Source: Archangium sp. | Lineage (GTDB): Bacteria; Myxococcota; Myxococcia; Myxococcales; Myxococcaceae | DNA length: 12,749 nt | Reading direction: 5' to 3' | NCBI GenBank assembly: GCA_031367385.1 | Contig: JANLPS010000038.1 | Coordinates: 1-12,749, forward strand | In this document: one piece after another, positions 1 through 6,667 of the stretch | Layout of the letters: each line of letters opens with the position of its first letter | How positions within the stretch are numbered: the stretch's first letter is position 1 | The notes under the pieces: generated by a model | The model's input: only the letters and a program-made list of their open reading frames with translations | The model's database searches: none | Told to the model about the DNA's origin: nothing | Position numbers and translations under genes: made by a program

Positions 1-2269
1 AGACCTGCGCGTCTAGTTTGATGCCGACCTTATCGATGAAGTGGCTGTGGGCGAGGCCTGCGACGTGGCCGCGCACGGCGCCGACGACGCCGATCTGCAG
101 GCCCTCCATCAAGAAGATCTTCACGATGCCGCCGTCGGGTACGCCGAGGGCTTTCAGCACCGCGATTTCTTTACGCTTTTCGAGCACGAGCATGAACATG
201 GTGGCGACGATGAGACCGGCGGCGACCACCACGATGATCGACAAGATCAGCGCCATCACCAGCTTCTCGAGTCGCAGCGCCGAGAACAAATTGCGGTTCA
301 TCTCGCCCCAATCTTTGGTGCGGTAGGGGTAGCCCTCGAGCTTGTCGTAAATGCCTTTCATCGTGTTTCGCGCGTTGTCGACGTCGGCGACCTTGATCTC
401 GATACCGTTGGCGCCCTTCACGTTGAAGAAGGTCTGCGCCTCGCGCAACGCGATGTAGACGAACTTCGAGTCGTACTCGTACATGCCCGAGTAGAAGATG
501 CCGGCGACGCGAAACGGGCGAATCTTGGGCATCGGGCCCTGGGGGCCCAAGTCACCACCCAGTGGCGAGACGACGTTCAACCGGTCACCGACGATGACCT
601 TGAGCGACGCGGCCAATTCGCGGCCGAGCACGACGCCGGGCAACACATTTTCTTCGCCCTTCTGCACGTCGATCAACGGGTCGCGTTCGATGTCAGGCGT
701 GCCGCCGCCTTTGACCGCCGGCTTGTCATCGAGCGCGCCATCGGCACCGAAGTGCTTTTGCGAAATGGTCTTGGGGTCGTCGAGCCCGTTGAGCGAGCCA
801 CCGGGCAACATGTAGTCAGGCAGGTCGGTCACCGAGCCGACGGTCTTGGGGTCGATGCCCTTGATTATCGCGCCTGAGACATTGCCCTCTGACGAGACCA
901 TCACCTCGTTCAAGATGAACGGCGTCTGGCCGATGACGTTGCGAACCGAGACGATCTTCTGCATCACCTCGGCGTATTCGGGCATGTCAGGCGGGTACTT
1001 CATGACGACGCCGTGCGAGTTCGTGCCGAGAATTTTCTTCTGCAGGTCAGCCTCGAAGCCGCTCATCACCGAAAGCACGATCACCATCGCCCACACGCCG
1101 ATGCCGACGCCGAGCACCGAGATGAATGTCATCAGCGACGTGGGAGTCTGCTCTTTGAGCTTCACCTCGTTGAGCGCCTCGGCCGCGAGCAACGGGTCTC
1201 GCTGGCCCAGCCTGCGAATGCGAGTGCGCTCGACCGCCGCCTCGGCCGCCGAGACGATCGCGTAGAGCGCCAGCGGAGGAATCACGAAGAAGAACATCAC
1301 CGAGAACACGCCGAGAATCAGGTTCGGGCGCAGCACGGTGACGTGCCGGGTGGCGATGAACAGCTCGTAGTTGGTGCGTAGGTCGAGCCGCCCCGACGAG
1401 GTCGAGACGAAGCCCAGGCTGATGCCCAGGTACATCGCGATGCCCAGCGCGAGGGTGATGAGCCAATACCCCAGCTCGGGCCGATTCTCTCCGAGCAGCG
1501 ACGCGAGGTAGACCACCTCGCGCAGGCGGTAGCCGAGGTTCAAGGTCAGGGACGGTATCTGGTGAATCAGGGTCAAGCAGAACGGCACCGGCAACCCGAA
1601 GTAGAGCAACGCCATCGTCGCTTCAGGCGTCGACAGGCGCTTCGAATTCGCCGCGCCCAAGAACCCGCCGGCGAAGGCGATGCCGAGGGCGATCGCGAAG
1701 GCCCAGACGAAGGCCGACACTGGTGAGAGGCCCGACTGCCCTGCGCCGACCGTGAGGCCGGCGGCCTGTTTCCCGACCATCAGGGTGTAGCCGATGATGA
1801 AGACGAGCTGCGCGAAGAGCACTCCGAGGCCGTAGGCGGCGAGGGTACCGAGGTGCAGGTCTCGGTACTGCGCCAGCCGGGGAAAGAGCGGTTTGCCGAC
1901 TGCTTCTGATGGAGCCGCTTCTGCCTTCGTGACTGCGTTGAACGAGAACGCGAGCACACCCCAGCCCAGGCACCAGGCCGCCAAGCCTGTGCCCAGCTCG
2001 AGCTCGGTGGTGAGGTCGACGGTGCCGATGATCGACGCGCTCACATCGAGAGCGCTCGTGCCGATGCCAACCGCGGTGCCGACCCCGCCGAAGAGCGCGA
2101 GAAACCCACCCCACCCCACTGCATTCAGGCCGAGGTCACCGACGACGAGGGTAATGAGCCCAGCCCTGACCAGGCCAGCCATCACGACGGCGAAGGAGAG
2201 CGCGAGCCACAGCGCAACGGCCCAGCGAAGCGCAGGGCGCGACGACAACCTGACGGGAGGAGTGGTCAC
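1..2269 (-). CDS. LolC/LolE(LolF)-family lipoprotein-releasing ABC transporter permease with extended N-terminal membrane domain (partial, 3' end beyond left edge)
   Basis: Translated by hand: stop-free minus frame from GTG 2269-2267 (overlapping the lysS TGA as GTGA) to the window edge, >=756 codons. LolC/E hallmarks: YELFIATRH, TFISVLGVGIGVWAMVIVLSVMSGFEADLQKKILG, IIKGIDP, GVVLGRELAASLKVIVGD, FRVAGIFYSGMYEYDS, DWGEMNRNLFSALRLEK, EKRKEIAVLKALG. The start codon is inferred from the overlap; in-frame ATGs further downstream are alternatives. Confidence 0.9.
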   Translation of the reverse strand, partial: MTTPPVRLSSRPALRWAVALWLALSFAVVMAGLVRAGLITLVVGDLGLNAVGWGGFLALFGGVGTAVGIGTSALDVSASIIGTVDLTTELELGTGLAAWCLGWGVLAFSFNAVTKAEAAPSEAVGKPLFPRLAQYRDLHLGTLAAYGLGVLFAQLVFIIGYTLMVGKQAAGLTVGAGQSGLSPVSAFVWAFAIALGIAFAGGFLGAANSKRLSTPEATMALLYFGLPVPFCLTLIHQIPSLTLNLGYRLREVVYLASLLGENRPELGYWLITLALGIAMYLGISLGFVSTSSGRLDLRTNYELFIATRHVTVLRPNLILGVFSVMFFFVIPPLALYAIVSAAEAAVERTRIRRLGQRDPLLAAEALNEVKLKEQTPTSLMTFISVLGVGIGVWAMVIVLSVMSGFEADLQKKILGTNSHGVVMKYPPDMPEYAEVMQKIVSVRNVIGQTPFILNEVMVSSEGNVSGAIIKGIDPKTVGSVTDLPDYMLPGGSLNGLDDPKTISQKHFGADGALDDKPAVKGGGTPDIERDPLIDVQKGEENVLPGVVLGRELAASLKVIVGDRLNVVSPLGGDLGPQGPMPKIRPFRVAGIFYSGMYEYDSKFVYIALREAQTFFNVKGANGIEIKVADVDNARNTMKGIYDKLEGYPYRTKDWGEMNRNLFSALRLEKLVMALILSIIVVVAAGLIVATMFMLVLEKRKEIAVLKALGVPDGGIVKIFLMEGLQIGVVGAVRGHVAGLAHSHFIDKVGIKLDAQV

Positions 2270-3840
2270 TTCTGGGGCTTGAGCAGGGGGAAAAGAATGA
2301 CGTCGCGAATCGAGGGCGAGTTGGTCAACAGCATCGCGAGCCGGTCAATTCCAATGCCTTCGCCCGCAGTCGGCGGCAGGCCGTGCTCGAGCGCGCGAAT
2401 GTAGTCGGCGTCGTAGTCCATCGTCTCCAATTGGCCACGCCCCTTGGCCTCGACCTGCGACTTGAAGCGGCCCTCTTGATCGACCGGGTCGTTCAATTCG
2501 CTAAAGGCATTGGCGATTTCGCGGCCGACGCAGAACAGCTCGAAGCGATCGGTGATGGTCGGGTCGTCGTCGTTGCGGCGGGCCAGCGGGCTCACCTCGA
2601 CGGGGAATTGGGTGATGAACGTCGGCTGAATCAGCGTGTGCTCGACGTGTTGCTCGAAGAGCAGACCGATGAGCTCACCGCGATTCATGGTCGCGATGAC
2701 GGCGCGCTCTTTCGGGTCGACACCGCGGCCGGCCACTGCGCGTAATTTCTCGAGGTCGGCCATGTCACCGGCGGCAAGCTCGGGCACCTTCGCGCGAATC
2801 GCCTCCATCATCGGTATGCGCGCCCACTTCTGGCCGAAGTCGATCTGGTGCGTCACCTCGCCCATCGTGTACGGCACGGTGGTCGACCCACACACGTGCT
2901 GCGCGGCGCCGCGAATCATCTCTTCGGTCAAGTCCATCAAGTCTTCGTAGGTCGCGTAGGCCTCGTAGAACTCGATCATCGTGAACTCGGGGTTGTGCCG
3001 CGTCGACACGCCCTCGTTGCGAAAGCTGCGGTTGATTTCATACACGCGGTCGAGCCCGCCGACGACGAGGCGCTTCAAGTAGAGCTCTGGCGCGATGCGC
3101 ATGTAGAGCTTCATGTCGAACGCGTTGTGGTGCGTGACGAACGGCTTGGCGGCCGCGCCCGACACCAGCGGGTGCATCATCGGCGTCTCGACCTCGAGAT
3201 AATCGCGGGCATCGAGAAACGAGCGAATGTACTGCACCAGCTTCGAGCGCTTCTTGAACGTCTCGCGCACGTCGGGGTTGGCGAGCATGTCGACGTATCG
3301 TTGACGGTACCGTTGCTCGACGTCGGCCAGGGCCTGCTTGGCGACCCAGTCTTTCTCTTCTTGTGACGCATTCTCGCGAACGAACTTGCCCGGAGGCGCC
3401 CGCAGCGCCTTGGTCAACACCACCAGGTCGGTGGCGGTGAGGCTGAGCTCACCCTTCTTGGTGCGCATCAGCGTGCCGGTGACGCCGACGAAGTCGCCGG
3501 GCTGCACGGCCTTGAACATCTCGAACTTCTCGTTCAGCACGTCTTTGCGCACGTACGCTTGAATGGTGCCGCTGCGCTCGGCGATGCGTATGAACGCGGC
3601 CTTGCCCATGTTGTTGAGCATCACCACCCGGCCGGCGACCTGAAACGAATCGGTCACCGCGGCGAGGCCGGCTTCGTCGAGCCCGTTGTACTTGGCGACG
3701 ATTTCGCCGGCGAGGTGCTTCGGTCGAAACCCGTTCGCGTACGGGTTGATCTTCAGCGCCCGCAGCTGATCAGCCTTCGCGGTGCGGTCGGCGTACAGCT
3801 TGTCTTCGGAGACGGGTTCAGCAGTGACTTCGGCTGCCAT
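2266..3840 (-). CDS. lysS: Lysine--tRNA ligase (class II)
   Basis: 524 aa. N-terminal OB fold (VAGRV...GKAAF), [44 protein letters not shown], motif 2 [27 protein letters not shown], motif 3 [23 protein letters not shown]. Confidence 0.99.
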   Translation of the reverse strand: MAAEVTAEPVSEDKLYADRTAKADQLRALKINPYANGFRPKHLAGEIVAKYNGLDEAGLAAVTDSFQVAGRVVMLNNMGKAAFIRIAERSGTIQAYVRKDVLNEKFEMFKAVQPGDFVGVTGTLMRTKKGELSLTATDLVVLTKALRAPPGKFVRENASQEEKDWVAKQALADVEQRYRQRYVDMLANPDVRETFKKRSKLVQYIRSFLDARDYLEVETPMMHPLVSGAAAKPFVTHHNAFDMKLYMRIAPELYLKRLVVGGLDRVYEINRSFRNEGVSTRHNPEFTMIEFYEAYATYEDLMDLTEEMIRGAAQHVCGSTTVPYTMGEVTHQIDFGQKWARIPMMEAIRAKVPELAAGDMADLEKLRAVAGRGVDPKERAVIATMNRGELIGLLFEQHVEHTLIQPTFITQFPVEVSPLARRNDDDPTITDRFELFCVGREIANAFSELNDPVDQEGRFKSQVEAKGRGQLETMDYDADYIRALEHGLPPTAGEGIGIDRLAMLLTNSPSIRDVILFPLLKPQK

Positions 3841-3874
3841 GCGAGGGCTTTACTTGCCCTCGGGCGACTCGCAA
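3841..3874 (-). promoter_or_regulatory. Putative sigma70-type promoter directly abutting the lysS ATG (leaderless candidate)
   Basis: Minus strand TTGCGA (3874-3869)-N16-TAAAGC (3852-3847)-N6-ATG (3840). No SD motif. Perfect 7-bp inverted repeat CGAGGGC/GCCCTCG at 3842-3848/3856-3862. Confidence 0.45.
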
Positions 3875-3882
3875 GCACTTCG

Positions 3883-4809
3883 TTACGACGGCAACACCTT
3901 TCGCACGATGCTCTCTGACTCGACCCACAACTTCTGTGCAAGCGCCGGGTCATTCGCGTCAGAGCGCGGCTTGGCCACGTTCGAATCAGACAGGTACTCG
4001 CCGGTCATTTTCGCGGCAGCGGGGCTCACCGCTGCGAACACCTCGGTCGCCGCGCCCTGGGCAACGCTCTTGAGCACCAGCGGGCTCACCATGCGCATCA
4101 CGATGCCGCCGATGGGGTTCTGGTTTCGCATCAAGTTGGTCGCGATGACGCCGGGGTGCACGGCGACGGCCGAGCGCCTGGTGCCGTTGAAGCGGCGGCT
4201 GAGCTCCTTGGCGAAGAGCATGTTGGCGAGCTTCGACTGGCCGTAGGCGCTCCAGGCGCCGTAGCTCTTCTCGCCCGACAGGTTGTCGAACTGAATGCCT
4301 TCTTTGGGCGCCATTTTGTGCGCATCACTGCTGAGCATCACGACTCGCCCGTCGTCGGTGAGGGTGTCGATGAGCCCGGTGACCAAGATGAAGTGGCCGA
4401 TGTGGTTGGTGAAGAACTGCATCTCGTAGCCGAAGGCCTGCTCGAGCTTCGGCAGGGCCATCACGCCCGCGTTGCAGATGATCGCGTTGAGCTTGAGGCC
4501 GAGCTTCTTGATTGTCTCGACGCAGGCCTGCACTGACTTTGGGTCTGAGAGCTCGCACGCGACGCCGGTCACGGTACCGGTGACTTTTTTGCCGGCCTCG
4601 GTGGCCTTTTCGGCAGTTCGCGCGGTGCCGATGACATGGGCGCCACGCATCGCGAGCACCCGCATCGCCTCGAGGCCGAGGCCCGAGTTGCAACCAGTAA
4701 TCAGGATGTTTTGGCCCGCAAGTGACAGGTTTTCGGTCACTTCTTCAGCCGTGGAGCCGAACCCGAAGCCAGTCGGCCCTTTGGATTTGAAAATCTCGAT
4801 CAATGCCAT
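3883..4809 (-). CDS. Short-chain dehydrogenase/reductase (retinol-dehydrogenase/WWOX/Tic32-like classical SDR)
   Basis: 308 aa. TGCNSGLG (TGxxxGxG), ICNAGVM, TNHIGHF, RVVMLSS, catalytic YGQSK (YxxxK), AVHPGVIAT, KSVAQGAAT...G-Y...LW C-terminus typical of the RDH-like subgroup. Confidence 0.95.
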   Translation of the reverse strand: MALIEIFKSKGPTGFGFGSTAEEVTENLSLAGQNILITGCNSGLGLEAMRVLAMRGAHVIGTARTAEKATEAGKKVTGTVTGVACELSDPKSVQACVETIKKLGLKLNAIICNAGVMALPKLEQAFGYEMQFFTNHIGHFILVTGLIDTLTDDGRVVMLSSDAHKMAPKEGIQFDNLSGEKSYGAWSAYGQSKLANMLFAKELSRRFNGTRRSAVAVHPGVIATNLMRNQNPIGGIVMRMVSPLVLKSVAQGAATEVFAAVSPAAAKMTGEYLSDSNVAKPRSDANDPALAQKLWVESESIVRKVLPS

Positions 4810-4851
4810 GGAGCCTACATAGCGGGGCCGGGCACGAGAGTCTGTGAAGAA

Positions 4852-5205
4852 CTACGGCGACGCCGTCATCAAGAACAGCGCGACGGCGGCGGCAAGCAAC
4901 AGGGGAATGATGACCTCGACCGGCAAACGGCTGAAGTTGAGCTCGTGCAACCGCAGCGAGTACCCCATCGAGCGACGGCGGCGGGTGCGACGCAGAATCA
5001 CCGAGGCCAACGCATCAGGCGCCCGCTCACGCGGCTGCTCGCGCATCAGCCCGACCGCGCGTTGGTAGTTCTGGTAGCGGGTCTTCAGCGCAGCGTCGGC
5101 TTGCAGCTCGGCGTCGAAACGCGCCGCATCTTCATCGGCAAGCGCACCATCGGTGGCCTCGATGAAGAGTCGCTCGACCTCGGCTTTAGAAAGTTCTCGA
5201 CGCAC
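4852..5205 (-). CDS. Putative membrane-anchored anti-sigma factor (N-terminal anti-sigma-like domain, C-terminal TM helix)
   Basis: 117 aa. GTG start 3 nt after the ECF stop, with GGGGAG SD upstream. DGAL...ARFDAEL resembles zf-HC2-type anti-sigma N-termini. Hydrophobic C-terminus VIIPLLLAAAVALFLM. Function is inferred from position. Confidence 0.7.
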   Translation of the reverse strand: MRRELSKAEVERLFIEATDGALADEDAARFDAELQADAALKTRYQNYQRAVGLMREQPRERAPDALASVILRRTRRRRSMGYSLRLHELNFSRLPVEVIIPLLLAAAVALFLMTASP

Positions 5206-5208
5206 GAC

Positions 5209-5859
5209 TCACGCTCCCCTGTCTGCAAAGCTGGACTCAAGTTTGGCAAGAATGCCAGCCAGCTTCTCGCGAGCCCGGTGCAAGCGACTCTTCACCGTGC
5301 CTTCGGCCAGCTCGGTGATCTCCATGATCTCTTCATACGTCAGGCCTTCGACATCGCGAAGCACCACCAGCACCCGCTGATCTTCGTCGAGCTGCGCGAT
5401 GGCCAGGTGCACGAACTTGCGGTCACTCTGCGCGCTCAACACATCGTCAGCCTGCTGCGGAGCGCCCATCGACTCGACGATCGACAGCTCATTCACCTCA
5501 CCGAACTCTTCACTCCGACCCCGGCCCCGGCGCTTCAGGTACTTCAAGCGGTTGAGGCAGTGGTTCTTGGCGATTCGAAAGATCCACGTGATGAGCTTCG
5601 AATCGGCACGAAATTTTTCGAGGTTCTGGTGAATCGAGAAGAAAATTTCTTGAGTGAGATCGAACGCTTCTTCGCGGTCGGTCACCATGCGCACGCAGAA
5701 GTCGTACACGCGATCTTGGTGCATACGAACCAGCGATTCGAAGGCGCCCGGGTCGCGGCGGCGCAGCTTCGAGACCAGCACCCGCTCCGACATGTCGGCG
5801 TTGCTCGAGGCTGACTGCGGCGCGCTTGGAGGAGAAGCCGGAGGACGCTCGGTCTCCAT
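5209..5859 (-). CDS. ECF (sigma-70 family, RpoE-like) RNA polymerase sigma factor
   Basis: Region 2: AFESLV...EAFDLTQEIF...FRADSKLITWIFRIAKN. Region 4: LRDVEGLTYEEI...GTVKSRLHRAR. The frame is open to 5910. I prefer ATG 5859 (GGCGGTG SD-like, 6 nt spacing) or GTG 5892, because 5910/5907 lie inside a candidate promoter. Confidence 0.93.
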   Translation of the reverse strand: METERPPASPPSAPQSASSNADMSERVLVSKLRRRDPGAFESLVRMHQDRVYDFCVRMVTDREEAFDLTQEIFFSIHQNLEKFRADSKLITWIFRIAKNHCLNRLKYLKRRGRGRSEEFGEVNELSIVESMGAPQQADDVLSAQSDRKFVHLAIAQLDEDQRVLVVLRDVEGLTYEEIMEITELAEGTVKSRLHRAREKLAGILAKLESSFADRGA

Positions 5860-5899
5860 CGTTCGCACCGCCAGGTCGAGGAGCTCGCTCACCGCGCCA

Positions 5900-5927
5900 T
5901 CAGACATCACTTTTTCAGGCGGGTTCC
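5900..5927 (-). promoter_or_regulatory. Candidate sigmaE-type (ECF) autoregulatory promoter
   Basis: Minus strand GGAACC (5927-5922)-N16-GTCTGA (5905-5900), equivalently GAACCC-N16-TCTGA. This matches the E. coli sigmaE GAACTT-N16-TCTGA pattern in motif and spacing and lies directly upstream of the ECF coding region. Confidence 0.65.
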
Positions 5928-5946
5928 AGCGGGGGGTGAAAATTGT

Positions 5947-6630
5947 TCAAGGTGCTGATTTGACGACGTATTTGCCTGTTTTTGGCTCGATTTTGTAGGC
6001 CGCGGGCCGATGCGTTTTTTCGAACTGGGTGTAGGCCGGTTGCAGCTCGAGCCAGAACGAGCGGTTCACCTCAGACGCGTTGTCGAGCGCGCCTTCGGGC
6101 AAGCGCATCGGGAAGATGTCGATGCGTCGAACCTGGGCATCGAGGCTGATCAGGTACACCTCTTCGATCTGTACGTCTTCGATGGCGATGCAGCCGATGC
6201 TGACACAGTTGCCGTGCATGTAGATGAGGCCACCAGGCGTCTTCGGGTCGCTGCGAATTCGGTCTGAGGCGTTGGGGTAACCGACCTTCATCGCCAGGTG
6301 GTAGCTCGAGACGGCGTTGAATTCGGGCACCTCGTAGAAGCCTTCGGGCACCTGCTCGTCGCCTTCGATGCGCTTGGGGCCAGGGGTACCAGAGGCCGCG
6401 CAGATGCCGTAGGTCTTGATCAGCGAGAGTGGCTTGCCGCGAGGGCCGCCCCAGAGCTCGACCTGGCGCTCGGTCTTCAAGACCCGGAGGTAGACCTCTG
6501 TGGGTTTTGTGGTGAGACCTGCGGCGATCAGGAGCTTGGTGATGTCGTCACCGCGGCGCGACCGGGCGTCGGCGACCCGGTCTTTGCCGAGCAAAGAAAG
6601 TGAGAGAACGAGCGCGAGCTTGAATTGCAT
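5947..6630 (-). CDS. YkuD-fold L,D-transpeptidase-family protein, YafK/LdtF/DpaA subfamily
   Basis: 227 aa. Short hydrophobic N-terminal signal. VYLRVLKTERQVELW, YGICAASGTPGPKRIEGDEQVPEGFY, SSYHLAMKVGYPN, catalytic IYMHGNCVSIGC (short His-Cys spacing as in YafK), FWLELQPAY..FE. Confidence 0.88.
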   Translation of the reverse strand: MQFKLALVLSLSLLGKDRVADARSRRGDDITKLLIAAGLTTKPTEVYLRVLKTERQVELWGGPRGKPLSLIKTYGICAASGTPGPKRIEGDEQVPEGFYEVPEFNAVSSYHLAMKVGYPNASDRIRSDPKTPGGLIYMHGNCVSIGCIAIEDVQIEEVYLISLDAQVRRIDIFPMRLPEGALDNASEVNRSFWLELQPAYTQFEKTHRPAAYKIEPKTGKYVVKSAP

Positions 6631-6667
6631 GGTCCTTCGAGGCCCTCAGAACGAACCAAAGGTTCCC

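Noticed and set aside
1613..1615. ATG at 1615 as a start splitting the region into two genes
   Set aside because: There is no in-frame stop upstream; the frame is open to the lysS overlap, and I see no SD at 1615.
18..2282. Plus-strand ORFs (41..877, 846..1265, 1013..1381, 1893..2282 etc.) and off-frame minus ORFs 1047..1466, 1623..2114
   Set aside because: Shadow ORFs of the Lol permease gene, expected in high-GC DNA; no recognisable motifs.
4972..4995. RRTRRRR as a Tat signal, or CGG-like repeats as a tandem repeat
   Set aside because: It is internal and precedes a C-terminal TM helix, consistent with the positive-inside rule; it is not a regular repeat.
6645..6667. Second GGAACC...TCTGA after the prfB stop as an ECF promoter, or GAACC-TTT-GGTTC as a terminator
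   Set aside because: The spacer is only ~9 nt rather than 16. The hairpin has just 5 bp and a poor U tract, so neither call is supportable.
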